From contig NC_045138.2 of assembly GCF_008831285.2 (NCBI RefSeq), positions 35,402,001-35,466,000 of the forward strand: a stretch of 64,000 bases of DNA. Direction: 5' to 3'. Shown piece after piece: positions 1 through 12,700 of this stretch (the first letter of the stretch is position 1; each line of letters begins with the position of its first letter). The notes beneath the pieces were generated by a model, which was not told the DNA's origin, made no database searches, and saw nothing but the letters and a program-made list of their open reading frames with translations. Position numbers and translations under genes: made by a program. This DNA is from Nymphaea colorata. Lineage: Eukaryota.

Positions 1-831
1 GACCTAGAAGAACAACTACACAAGCCTCGAGCCCATCTCTTAACTCTCATTTTGCTACTTGTCAAGATTTTACAGAGCATCATGGCTCCTCTCTCAGAGT
101 ATTCTCCTGCTAAATCATTGCAGATGCATAATTAACGGAGTCAATAGCATTTCCTATTCTCGACTTTCTCAGCTTCACAGGATTTTTTCTCATTGTTCAT
201 ACTCAAGATTTTTCGAGTTTTCCTCTTCCATTGATTGACAACAAAAATTTGAAATTTTCTCATGTTACTTGAGGATGTACTAAAAATAAAATGAAGGCAT
301 ATCATTGTGTGAAAAAATACTTTTAAAACATTTTTAAGCAGATAGAAAAGTTCGTTTTTTAGAAATGATCTTGACATCAAATGAAATATCTCTTTTGAGG
401 TAGAAACTCTTTTCTCTCTAAAGAGAAGGGTGCTTGACAAACAAGATGGGTTGACTAGGTAAAAAATGAACTTCATCAATTCTCTTATGGGTTGTGGTAA
501 AAGGTGACGGATAACATGCTAGATCAGATAAGGAGTTTCAAATCCAAATGAACAATGATTTAAATGCAGATGCCTGACCCTGAACTAAATCTGATAACCA
601 ATCAATCAAATCTGAATATGATCCCAAGTACATTTGATGCTCTAACTAAGGCTTTCCATTGAACAAAAACGTGATCCCATAAATGATATCTAATTTTGAC
701 AAAGAATTCCGTTGATCAAATATTATGATGTGTGAGAACAAATGAAAAACAATCAATGGTATCAAGCAATGAGAACTGAATTAGATGCCGAACATGCTTT
801 GACAATTACATATTTGGCTCTTCCGAGTGAC

Positions 832-931
832 CTATTGTGATACCTTGAGAGGCAACCATTGAAATATTGGGAAATGGCTTCCCAAGAGTTTATATGTATT
901 GCTGTCCTCCTAGTAATGAAACTGGATGAAC
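832..931 (-). pseudogene. KHG/KDPG aldolase (plant EDA-like) exon fragment with an in-frame stop
   Basis: Minus strand tgtgcag|...ATAG|gt exon (100 nt) reads VHPVSLLGGQQYI*TLGKPFPNISMVASQGITI, resembling the plant KDPG aldolase segment VYPVSALGGxxYIxALKKPFxHIPMVASQGITI. TAA at 890-892. A degraded next exon (DLAGEYSERGA) may lie at about 70-115 but lacks a proper AG. Confidence 0.8.
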
Positions 932-1694
932 CTGCACAAGCCACAAATGTCAAAAGATTAATGTGGCACAAAGGAAGCATGACAATGACAATACTATCCA
1001 GATAAATAAAATAATACTGAAATTACTATTGGCAATGGAGCTAAATCACAAAATCTAAGTAAACCAATCACAACTAGCAGTCAAAAATATAAAGCACACG
1101 TACATGGGAATTATGAGGAGCACAAAATACAAGTGATCAACAGGGAGAAAAAAAATTAATGGGTAAGCCTACAATTGAACCGACAGATTCCAACCTACTC
1201 TTTGTCCTGCTTGATTCAACACCAAAAGAGAGACATAAACTAGGACACAAGTCACAAAATACTAAAAGCTCAGGTTCGAATGGGTATCATTCTGAAAAGA
1301 AAATAGATATGAGACAGTTTGGCATGTTGAAGGTCGTTCCCAAGCATGGATGCAACAAAAGCAACAACCAAACTACCGGTGCTTTAGGGTGGGAAAATAT
1401 GAGACATGATAATTTAGAAAACAACCAAGGTTTCCCTTTGCGTGTTCTAGAATGCATTGGCCGTATTGATACAAGAGAAGAAAAAGGGGGCAAGGTGAGA
1501 GACAGCAAACACACAACTAAGAAAGAGGCCAAAACGAGGAGTTTTGCTTTCCTCATTCAACAACGGGACAAAATGAAAAATCAAACGAAAAAGAATTAAC
1601 AGAACAAAATGCAAAAGTATTAACCAAGAATATTAGCTAAAAGAATAAGAACATCGGACTGAGATATTAGGAATAAGAGACAGAGAGAAAGCAT

Positions 1695-1717
1695 GAGAGA
1701 GAGAGAGAGAGAGAGAG
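1695..1717. repeat. (GA)n microsatellite
   Basis: Direct read of the GA run. Confidence 0.9.
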
Positions 1718-3025
1718 TGCACTGTGGTGGAGAGGAGGAGGGGAGCTGCTGCCGCATGGTGAAAGGAGGACGATCCAGGGAACCTTTCAGGAAACGTGCA
1801 AGCCCTAACGGGCAGAAATTTTTGTTCTCATCTTTTTTTATTTTGGGGAGATGGACTGTTGCTTTAATTACGTTACATTTTCTGGAAATCGCCATCTTAA
1901 GGTTTCCTTCTACGGTTTTTTGCTGGATGGTGATGGAGTCTTCCGGGGAAGGACTTGTTTATGGAATCATGGATGATGCTTTCATATATATCCAATTTTA
2001 TTTAAATGTTGCCTTGGATCTGAACTTTCTGAGATGAATTCTTCTTTTGCTTCATGTATTTAAATGCTTGGCTTCTAATTGCCTTAGTTGCCATTAGCAC
2101 ATTTAACTGAGATTTGATCCAAATTATGAAGCAAACTCTGGAACCATTGAGAATCTGGTTCGTTTTAGACGGAACTGGATGTGGGTCACGTGTATATTGG
2201 ACTTTCGGTTTGAGACCTGATCTGACCATTCAAAAATTAGATTACATTGGGAAATCAGTAATCGGTCCAAATTCAAGTTGCTTTTCCAGATCGGAAGAAG
2301 AAGGTATGAATCGGTTTGGGTCAAAACAAAGATCTTCCTTTGACCTAGATCCATTTTGGTTGGCATTAATTTGGATCCATAACCTAACCCAAGTCTCTAT
2401 CTTAGATCCCTTAAAGTGTTATCGATCAGATTGTGGTCTATATCCAGACATTGAAACTCATACCCTCTTCCATCTAAACTGGATTTGTAGTTCTCGATCC
2501 AATCGAGTGTATCTTTCTAGATCCAAATAAAGAACTTTGGGTCAAATGTGAGCCAGAATCTGTTTTTCTTGCGACTCAGGTCCATTTGGTTTAAGATTGA
2601 ACTTGGATTTGAATATGGGTTTTGGATTAGACCTTGAACTGAATTGATCCAATAAAGTAAAATGGATCATGTTTGGGTCATCTAGGGCCCGAAAGTAACT
2701 TTAATTGGAGCTTACTGCAATCATCTCGTCTTTTCCAAATGAAATTTTAGTTAGAGAAACATGTATAAAACAGCAAACCATTAACTATATATTATGATTG
2801 TTATATATAAAGATTACTATTGCTGTTGCTATTGTTAATTTTTTATTATTATCAACACCATCATCATTTAGGGGAAAACTTAACTCCAATATAAGCACCC
2901 AAGTTGGTGCCGAAATCTAATAAGTTCATGGATTTACATTTTCCGAAATAAAAAACGTCTCAACTCCATCCAAACATGAAACAAGCCATTATATATTAGC
3001 CTTCATTTTATTTGCACCATAAAAT

Positions 3026-3224
3026 ATTTTTTTTTATCGGACTCACAACAACAGATAGGGAACACGCCCATGGGATGGAGCGCGTGGGGGGAGAGGGAGA
3101 CAAATCTCAACCGTATCTGGTAACCTGAAAATGAACCTTCGCTAACACTTAGATCTTGAACTCTCTTCTATTATACAACTAAATTTCTTCACTTTGCTCA
3201 TCAATCCGATCATGCTAAACTCCT
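3026..3224 (-). mobile_element. Possible degenerate tRNA-derived SINE
   Basis: Minus strand starts GGAGTTTAGCATGATCGG (box A-like), has GTTCAAGATC (box B-like) and ends in an A-run (T-run at about 3026-3035 on +). No target-site duplication seen. Confidence 0.35.
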
Positions 3225-3593
3225 TCAATCGAAAGGTGATTCTGACATCCCTTAAAAAGTAAAATTGATTTGATTGACATCAATGCTTTAAGCTTTGGCA
3301 TATGCATTGGCATTGGCTCGTATCTACATCTCGGCCGACACTATTGTATGTGCCAATCCTTGTTACTGTTAGCTTGGTTTATTGTTGATGCTTTTAAAAT
3401 CAAAATTTAAAAGATTTCAAAAAGGATCTTGAACATAAGAAAAAAAGAAATTCATAAGCGCATGGAAGCCTTCTAAATGAAGGGCAGACTACTTCCTCTA
3501 GATTGATTTGGCGTGCCTTTCGCCTTTCCACGAAATTTTTTTCATATATGTATGTCAAAACTTAAGGCAACAAAAAAACATTATTTTTCTTAC

Positions 3594-4298
3594 CAGAATC
3601 AAACAACCACATGACCTCTGTACGAAAGCACATCTTGTTTAAGGTTTCAAGGGGACACTGAGCGCGTCCCAATCAAGGCCACCATCCTCTGCAAGCTAAA
3701 CCACCACATAGTATCAACAACAATACCATGAAATATGGAATTTCCAGTTAGTACATAATAAGTCAAAACACTTACATGAACTTCTCTATAGAAAATTCCA
3801 AGCTCCTTCAGACACCCAAGTCCACTAATCCTGATTCTGATGACTTTCTCAAATGTATCATAAGGGGCACCAGAAACTGCAAGAAACTGATCAGAATGTC
3901 AACCCCACAACAGCCTTCACGGTGAACAAGATTCACAGAAAACCTTAACGAAACTCTTCTACTGCATGCTTTAGTTGACCTCATTCTAGAACAGCAACAA
4001 TTAACAGAATGTACAGCTGAGTTTGTTTATTTTGCTTACCTCATTCCCAGGTCTTAAAACAGAAAACAATGCATAGGATATAGCATGAGTGCCAGAGAAG
4101 AACTACAACGAAAAATTTCCATAAGTTGACATGCATATCTTTCATGGATCAGTATGTGTCAATAAATGATTAGTAATATCCTAGAACCTGAGAGCGAACT
4201 ATTGCTGACTCTGCACCAAAAATTTCTGCAAAAGCCTTATCTAGTGCTTCACGGGCCCCAGCTTCATCTTGGCCATAACCTCTGCACCCAGCAAAATG
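3594..4298 (-). pseudogene. YnbB / methionine-gamma-lyase-family (aluminium-resistance-type, PLP-dependent) gene fragment, four exons
   Basis: GT-AG exons: 4188-4298 HFAGCRGYGQDEAGAREALDKAFAEIFGAESAIVRSQ; 4040-4102 FFSGTHAISYALFSVLRPGNE; 3776-3886 FLAVSGAPYDTFEKVIRIRISGLGCLKELGIFYREVH; 3594-3695 LAEDGGLDWDALSVPLKP*TRCAFVQRSCGCLIL. Family motifs GYG..D, SGTHAI, LRPGD/N, G.PYDT and QRS.G are present. TAA at 3639-3641; N- and C-terminal exons not found. Confidence 0.92.
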
Positions 4299-4698
4299 CT
4301 ATCCATAGAAAGCAATTGATTTAATATGATGCATCACTTTGTATTATACCCACAAAAATGAGGAAAAACTTCAATACCGACACACACAAGTAATCAGAAT
4401 GTACATCTCATATCTCCCCCTTGTCTTGTTATTACCTTTCACATTATACGGATACCCAATATTACTAGTCTATACGGTTAAAAATCATCTTTTCCTTTCT
4501 TAATAATGATTTCAGCTGGACCTGGATCACAATACATAGCTTTTCTTTAAGGAGAAACTACTATACAGAGATGATATTTCTCTTTTTAGTTTTGTCTCAT
4601 TAAGAATTTCATTTGGAACTAATTAATATGAAATAAGACAACCTAGTGAAAGGATTTCAGCAAGATCAGCATGTGCTAAAGCAACAGAGAGCAGTGTA

Positions 4699-5052
4699 TG
4701 TTAGACGTTACACAAATCAAGCAACGTGGATTTCAGGAAGCAGATCAAGAATCAACAACGTCATGATTTCAGGAAAGGGATTGAGCTGTGATCTTGCATT
4801 ATCCTGTTGGTGATTCCCTATCTTGCCTTATTTATCATCTTGTTGTATATTCGAGAAAACAAGAAAGATGAGCACTGAATCTTGTATAAATACCTTCCGT
4901 CTATCATTTTGTTGTATATTCGAGAAAATAGGAAAGATGAGCATTGAAAATATGGTTTTGATATATTGAAATGAAATGAAGAATCATTTCCGTCTTCACT
5001 CTTTCACTCTCTCTTGCCGTCCTTCCCCTTTCCTTCTCTCTACCATTTAACA
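4699..5052 (+). mobile_element. Isolated LTR (solo or truncated element, Copia-like)
   Basis: TGTTA...TAACA inverted termini, internal TATAAATA (about 4885), internal ~47-bp duplication (4833-4879 / 4902-4948), followed by TGGTAT (start of a tRNA-Met primer-binding site). No clean 5-bp target-site duplication. Confidence 0.6.
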
Positions 5053-5704
5053 TGGTATACACAGTCAAACAACCACAGAAAAGATGAAGAACATAATAGA
5101 AATCACAAAGCTCTCACCATTTCGTTTGACTTACATCAGAAATAGCTGGAGCTTCAGCCAAAGACTCAAAATTCATTGAAATTTACAAAGGAGATAAATT
5201 TTGATTTGGTAAACAGAAGAAGTCATAATAGTCAAAAGAACAAGTCTTTCGAAAATGTTTTGTACATATAACTAATGTAATCCTATGAACCAATTATGAT
5301 GACGCTTAACTTTTGATCAAACTTTCGGGTCATAACAGGGAGTCGCTCAAGTTTTTCATTAAATTCACAACCACCGTTCATTGACTAAGAAAGTTAGAAG
5401 GGACGTGCGAATGACAAAATTGTCTTCAAAACCCTCCCCTTACCACCTTTTTGGTACGGGGCGATGGCATCTACCTTCACCCAATAGCAAAGGTTGCGGT
5501 CAAGGGTTGTTGGGCGGTCCGTCCCTCACCAATCATTTAAAGCTCCGGATGAAAGGTCGACGGAAAAGCAATAAAGCTATGGAGATAAATGAAAATGGAG
5601 CGAGATCGTACATCGAGGAGGCGTTCATCTTCATGGTGAAATACATACAAAGGATGTTAATTGATCCTGTCTCTAATCCCCACCTAGGCCTAAGCCCCTC
5701 TCTC

Positions 5705-7205
5705 TCTCTTTCTTCTTCTCGTCAACAGGTTGTGAGAACTTGGCTCACCCTTCGGGTTTTTGAGCTCATCTCGGGTCTATCTATTAATTCTTTTAAGTTT
5801 CATCTTTCCCTCATCCAAACGAATCCGGCCACAGTACTTTTTGCAGAAGCTTGCTTTGGATGTAAGGCTGCTAGTCTGCCTATCTTGCTTTGGATGTAAG
5901 GCTGCTAGTCTGCCTATGAAATATTTAGGTCTTCAGATTACGTTGTCACCTCTTGCACCCTTCTTTTGAGATGGAGTGGAGCAAAAGCTTGTTAATCGCC
6001 TTCAGTGTTGGCAAGAAAAACTGCTTTCTCTCCCAGGCCGCATTACTCTTGCTAAACATTGTTTCGCGTCTGTCCCCCTCCATGTTCTAGCGGTCTTTCG
6101 ACCTCATGGGGCTGTTCTGAATAGGTTTGACAGAATCATTCGTAATTTCATCTGGGATGGTGATCGGCCTTCAGATCGCCTTGCGCGCTGGGATATGGTT
6201 GTCTTTCCGCATCTTCTTGGGGGTGCTGGGGTTACCAACCTTAGTCGGGCTTGTGAGTCTTCTATCTGTTCTTGGTGGTGGCGTCTGGCAACTGAGCACT
6301 CTCTCATCACCCTTTTCATTTGCTCCAAATTTGATCTGTCTTCCCCTAGTGTTTGGAGTGGATCCATCTCCCACATCTCCCCCTCTCACTTTTGGTGTGA
6401 CCTGCTTTCCGCCCTTCCTCTTTTCCTTCGCCTTGCTGACCTCTCATCGTTTGCACCCCCTGCCTGGCCTCTTTCACCTACCCGGAGTTTTACATTTTCT
6501 TCTTGTTACCTGGCTTCATTTGGTTCTTTCGTGGCGTCGCTTCCACCCCCATCCCTTTGGTCCCCTGGTCCCTCTTCTCGTGCCAATTGCTTTTGCTTGG
6601 CTTCTTCTTGCTGGCCACATTAATACTTTTGACCACTTACAGCGCCTTGGAATCAGTTTAACTAACCAGTGTCCCCTCTGTCTCACCGCGGTTGAGTCTT
6701 GGGTTCACCTTTTTACATCTTGTCATTTTTTCTTTAGTGTCATTGCCTCTACCTGGCATTCCCTTATTGGTAGCCTTACAGACTCACCTTCTATTCGTCT
6801 TCTTTTCCTTTTCTGTCCTTCTCCCAATTTGTCTATTTCATGGGGCTGTGTTTGGTGGTTGTGGCTCATTTCAGCTTGGTGGCGCATTTGGGAGGAGCGC
6901 AACAACAGGGTCTTCAGGGGTACCTTCTCTTCGTCGGAGTCTGTGGCTTGGCTTGTGCAGGGAGATGTTCATTTTGTCATTCAGCTGCGGCGTCGTCCTC
7001 TTTTTGCGACTGGGAGATGATGTCGGTCTGTCCTTCCACTCTTTTTCTACCCATTTTTTTGTTTTTCTGTACATTGTATTTATACTTCCTATTTTGCTTT
7101 TGTCTTGCGGTTTGTTACTGTAACTAGGGGACTTCTTGTCCCTAATTTTTTGTATCTAGGGGACGTCTTGTCCCCTAATTTTGATATACATTCCCATTTT
7201 ACCGG
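5705..7205 (+). mobile_element. 5'-truncated degenerate L1 LINE (end of RT plus zf-RVT)
   Basis: LRVFELISGLSIN, LPMKYLGL, RLQCWQEKLLSLPGRITLAK, then after a frameshift CPLCLTAVESWVHLFTSC and WRIWEERNNRVF. Contains stops, frameshifts and a ~32-bp tandem duplication at 5851-5916. Confidence 0.92.
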
Positions 7206-7643
7206 CTCTCTCTCTCTCTCTCTCCTCTTTATACTATGACGTTATTGCCTGCCTGTTCAAGATTCGATATCAGCATGGTTTCCTCCACCAAAAAAAAGGT
7301 TGCCATAAATTCAGTTTCTGCTTAAGAAGCCATTATCATTATCCCATTAAAAAATATAATTTTGAAGCATAGATCCAACAGTTCCAACTTCCAAGCTTCT
7401 ACAAATATCAATCAATTAGAATATCAAGTGCTCCAATAATTACACTTGATAATATCATAATATCTTCTATATTCACTGAAGTCCTCACATGCATTCAAAG
7501 GAGTGCGATCATAGAACAGGAGGCTAAGAAATTATGAGAAACAATTAGAAATTTAATTGTAGAAGTTCTAAAATGCGAACAAAAACATTTGAACGAGAAA
7601 AGGTAACAAGGCTCCATTTCCAAACAGATCTCACTTGAATTAC

Positions 7644-7747
7644 CAGAGAAATGACGACGAACAAGAACATTCCAATCAACAGGTGAGTGTACACGATGGT
7701 AATATCCAGGCTTTAAATATATGACAGTAAAATATCCCCTTCACTGA
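7644..7747 (-). pseudogene. PSD1: Mitochondrial phosphatidylserine decarboxylase single-exon fragment, frameshifted
   Basis: tttgacag|...TCTG|gtaa exon reads VKGIFYC / [26 protein letters not shown], matching the PSD motif YCVIYLxPGDYHRxHSPxDW. Apparent 2-nt deletion after FYC and D to Y change in PGDYHR. Confidence 0.88.
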
Positions 7748-9069
7748 CTGTCAAAGACAGAAAAAGGATATTGCATCAATAATGTCTGCTTCAATGCATC
7801 AAGGGACAAAACAACATGCAGAGAACCAAAGAGAACTCAGTCTCGTAACACCTAAGTCAACCAACCAGAAGACCAATAGGAGTTACCAATGTATTCAGCA
7901 CAAAAGAATTAATGAAGCAACAAAAATGATGGGAAAACCATAGACCAGCTTAAAGTTTAAAATGGACATCAACCACAGCACAGTGTTGTTTACTCTATAC
8001 AAAACTGGGTTTCCTTGAAAACAGGTCTTTCATCCCCTGCCAAATTTTTTTTTCTCCTCAAAGAAAAGAACCAAAAAAGGAAAAGGGTGGCCAATTCCCA
8101 CCTATAGCTGGAAAATGGTTCAGCTATGGTCACCCATCTTCTGTGATCTCAACGGCAATTTTCAGGTTGGTGGCAGGTTGGACAGAATGTCTGGTCTCTC
8201 CCTCCCCAACAGTAACTCCTTTATTTTTAGATGCTTAGTGTTTTCTTCTTGAATGTTAAGAAATCGGAAAGCAAAATGCTGGGTTGCCATCTAGTGTGAC
8301 AGGTTTGGGAATCACTGTTACTGTTCTCACTTACAAGTGATTGGATTCCACGTTTAGAATAATTTATGACAGCTTATCGCATCATTATGCGTTTCTTGCA
8401 CGTGGCTAAAGTTCACACATAATTTTATAAATGAGTGGATGGGTCATGGGTAAACCGGCCGTAAGAAGGGTGTATGGATTTAGTTAATCTCTCGAATTCA
8501 GTTCCAGGCTATAGCATGTGTGGGCAAATGAGAAATTTTAGTTGCTTTTTGAGTAAAAGGTAGAAGCGTGGGTGCCCTTAAAGGAGGTGTGCCTGGGGTC
8601 TTGCACAGACTCCCTGATGTCTTCACGTCAGTTGAATAACCTTCCCTCCCTCAAGCTTGCACATACAATTGAAGGTGATGGTTCATAGCAATTGAATATC
8701 CAGAATCCTGCGTTTGTAACCTACCATTGACATGGCATCTATTAAATGACTTATGCTTGATGAAGGTGAAGGAACCATTTATGTCTTGGTCACTTGATGC
8801 ACCTATCATGTGAAGGACTTTGGGTGGGATACAAGTGCAAAAGTTGCTCCTGTTGCTGTTTCAAGTAGTGGAGTGCTGTATCATGGTGACTTTCAGAACC
8901 AGCATTCAGTTGCGGCAGAAAACAGAGAGGCCGGTGATCTGTCTTGAATGTATATGGCTTTTAGGATAACTCTTGGTTCTTCAGGTTCTATATCCTCCAT
9001 ACAGTCACCAGATATGTTGACAACTTTGTCGAAGCGACCACTCTAAAGTAATTTAAAACCTTTTTAGCT

Positions 9070-9235
9070 AGTGTTGGAGCCAGAATTTAGGAGGAGCTAT
9101 TCGTATGCTCACAAAGTTCATGAGGAGCCATAAGGCATTTCCATTTCCTTTTTTGGTTGGGGGGAGGGGCGTGTGGGCAATGGAGTTCTATTTTAAAAAA
9201 TTTTATAAATGAAACTCCTCCTAGGCTCTGCCCCT
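9070..9235. mobile_element. MITE (AGGGGCGGAGCC-type terminal inverted repeats), copy 1
   Basis: Ends AGTGTTGGAGCCAG ... TAGGCTCTGCCCCT are imperfect inverted repeats around an AT-rich interior. Confidence 0.6.
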
Positions 9236-9548
9236 TAATTATCTGTCTTGGCATGCACAATGATGGCTTTCTTTCTCCATGAAAGAAAAAGCAAAGAACT
9301 CGTAAGAATTTAGTACATGTGTAATGGTGATATTGTACTTTACTTTAAGAGTGCGTGTCCGTACCTCCACAATGTCCTACGCATGCTAAGGACATTTCTG
9401 GTATGGTGCTCTTGCATTGTCTGGCCTACCTGCTTGTGAGTCAATTCAAATAAGGTGCTTGATATGTACTTAACCCTTGAATTAATGTCTGGCAATGATA
9501 TCAAGTGACCACCGAGTGAATAACAGTATAATATAAAACATTTTAGCC

Positions 9549-9780
9549 TGTGGTGGAGCCAGAATCTAAGGGAAGCTATTTGTATCATAATCCACAAAGT
9601 GTATGAGCGGCCATAAGGTTTTTCCCCTTTCAAAAAAAAAAAAAAACTTTTTGGCGCTGGGAAGGCGTTCTTTAAAAATTTATATATGAGCATCTTTCTT
9701 TTGGAAGATCTAAGAGAGAGAAGGGGGTGTGGAGATATTTTTTGAACATGTTGGTGGGAGGTACCCCCGGCTCTGCCCCT
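9549..9780. mobile_element. MITE, copy 2
   Basis: Ends TGTGGTGGAGCCAG ... CCGGCTCTGCCCCT; homologous to 9070-9235. Confidence 0.6.
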
Positions 9781-12700
9781 TATTTTACCATTGAAATGCA
9801 GAACTGTAGTTCTCCTTCTCGGTAAAAGAAAAATACAAGGAAAAAACTCAAAATTTAGTGTGCAATGCCGATGGCTGTTTTCGATAAAGCTGTTTTCGAT
9901 AAAGAGTGCGTGTGGGCACCTCGACAATGTTTTGTACACGCAAAGGACACTTGTAGTGTGGTGCCAGCTCTTGAATTGTCTACCCTACCTTAGATTATAC
10001 ATGTACATGCTACTAGAAAAAAATGTCAATTCAAGGAAATTAATAACTATTTTGGACCTTTACTTGTCTGGGAATGGCAGCACTCGGATACAATAACCAT
10101 GAAGTTGATACCTGTGAGTTTACTTCGTAAATATCCATGCTTTGCTTCATTTGTTTGTCAGTAATTTACATTATTTAGGCAGTGCTTTCCTTTGTACATG
10201 GCTTTCTATCCTTCAAGTTGAATAAACCTCCAGAAATTTCAAGTGGTTGCTTTTCGGTTTTGTTTGTTCTATTTCTTCCCCACTTCCAGTTGCATCATTT
10301 TCTACCGTCAACTGGATATCTGAATTCATTTCACATCCATGACTGCAGAAAATCTAATGCAAGTTTGAGTTGGTGCTTTTTGAGATACGCCTCTGAAACG
10401 AGGTGAAAATAGTTTTACAAACAAAGTGTATGATCAATGAGTAAAAAGAAAGACGTCTCTAGGCTTTCACATGCATCTTGAACTTGGAGGTACCAATGGG
10501 AGGAGAGATGGTCGATGAGACTAACCTAATGAACGTCCCTCCAAATAATCTATGACATTTGACAGCACCAAACTCGAGCTGCGGAGGCCGTGACAACAAC
10601 AAACTCGGGCCGTAGACAACTCTAATGTGCATGCATATATATAGATGACCACACTTGCCACAGCTGACAATTGTATCTGGTGAGTTAGAAACGACATAAA
10701 CATATTCTTTATATATATATATATATATAGTATTTCACGACTTGACTAGTCAAAATAACTGCCAAAATAATTTCTCATTTGCTTGCTTCATGCAAAATCC
10801 TCTCTTTCAAAAAGATTTGGGTACGCCATTTCTTTATCTGTTTGTTAGCCTCCGGGATCTCAAGGTCTTCTACATGATCTTGTGCTTAGGGTGCACCAAC
10901 TCTTGGATCCGTAGCAAATTGATTTCGATATGCTTAATGAAGACTATCTTATTAACTGTGGACATTTCTTTTCTGAACTGGATCTTTCTTAAAATTGTGA
11001 CTCGTTAGTATTCTTTTCTAAACTCAAAAGTGCTTTTTTCCTTTTTATACACGTGCTTTCATTGTTATCGGTGTAGTCGCAGTTGATTGCTCTGGTAAAG
11101 GGGCCGCGGGATTTAATTGCCATAGCACAAATGGGTTCTCTTTGCATTTTTATCATCTAATTTCGAGGAGAGGGGTCACATGCCACCGCATTCTGGTGAC
11201 TCCCCCAAAAGACTATGAGAACACATCTCCTATGCAAAGGAAATGCATTTCCCATACGTTTCATAAATAGTTGGTTTCATGTTTTGGACAGTTTCCTTAT
11301 AAATGTGCTAAAGTTATTTTCATGTTTATATACACATTTTCCTGGCAAGGTTCGTTGGCTGCAACTGGATGTTGATATCTGCCCCAATTCTATTTGAGAA
11401 GAAATTAGAAATACTAGAAAACTGCTGACCTTAACTGGATAGTGAACTGAATTGCCATATTGCATTTCCCAGATACGTTGTAAAAAAGTTCAATCGGTGA
11501 CGCATGTTTTATGATAAACGGGAATTATGATACGCATGGAGCCCTTAGCTTGAAATTTTATTCATTTGGAAACCCAGTCGTACTATTATGATTGAGATTA
11601 TAATTAAGATTACGCGGGGATATATGATCCTAGATTAACAATTCATCAGGGGCAAATAATGTCAAATTGCATTTTCGATGACCATATAATTAGTTTCCCA
11701 TAAATTTCTGTGCATTTTTACTAGTTTTATCGGAATTTTTATTCAAAGGTGTTGGTCTGCCACCCCTAAAATAGTCTTGTTGTAGTTCAAGATGCTCATT
11801 CGCTAGCCAACAAAACTGCAATTCGCTTGATATTTGAATTTCTTAAGGTTGAGTACCCCTAAAATGTGAAATTTCCATGGTTTGTAACAGTACACTTCTG
11901 AAAAAAAAAATTGATTGAGAAGTTCAAATTTTGTGACCAGTAATTCTTCAAAGCGTGTCCCAGACATAACGACATGCATACCAGTTATTTTATCATACAT
12001 ATGCAATTCATGTTCATCAAGCGAAAATTTATCCCTTTTTTTTTGTACTTCTCTCTTTTTACATTGCGGATCTATCTTTGAACCCGAACTATATCTATTA
12101 GGCTTTCTTACAATGTTGCATGTTAGTCTTCACTATCGACCAAGTTTAGTTGAATATTGCTGCTGAACGGCTGCTGGATCAACTTATGAGGTAGCAGAAT
12201 GATGTCAAACTCAGTTCTACTTCTCTTGAATTTTTTTCAATTCTTGGATCTGTGTTTATACTGACAAAGTTTTTTTGGTATATTAAATTATCTGTTTAAT
12301 GTTTACTTTTTCTATGAAGGAATCTCATCTTGTTTTCGCAATTGATGTCATATTCATATGATTACAGTTAGTTAAGTGGTAGTTTCTTACACTTGCTCCG
12401 CGAGCCTGGAAAAAAAAAATTATGAGGCCCTTACAAAATCGAATCCAATTAATTCGTGATCCAAGTATACATGTACAGTTTGATCTTACTCCTGTCAGGT
12501 GCAGATTCGGTTTCAAACTTCAAGTCCCAACTCAACCTTTGATTCTTACTGAGGAAAATCTGTTTAGGTCGGATATGGTGAAGGGAGGTATGACTACTTG
12601 AAAGGGAGAAGATTTGGCTAGCTCTCCATGTGTGGCATACGATGTGAAACGGCAATGTGGGCCGGTCTTCCCCTTGACTACTGAGAACAAGCAAACCAAA

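Larger units (their letters stand above)
9035..10085 (+). repeat. Diverged ~500-bp tandem duplication (about 9035-9505 / 9506-10085), each copy carrying a MITE
   Basis: Colinear matches: TTTTAGC..GTG.TGGAGCCAGAAT, AAGAGTGCGTGT, CTCTTG.ATTGTCT, GTCAATTCAA and TGTCTGG.AATG in both copies. Confidence 0.8.

Noticed and set aside
1..40. CTAG at 4-7 as a Helitron 3' end for the captured fragments
   Set aside because: Not followed by T on the minus strand and no convincing subterminal hairpin.
751..795. Plus-strand QWYQAMRTELDA resembling the start of Copia RT (W..AM.EEL.AL)
   Set aside because: No further Copia motifs follow, and the adjacent sequence is explained by the minus-strand aldolase exon; at most a tiny relic.
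2100..2690. GATCC/GGAT-rich region and 138-aa ORF 2114-2530
   Set aside because: Probably a decayed non-autonomous DNA transposon, but no termini could be defined and the ORF has no recognisable motif.
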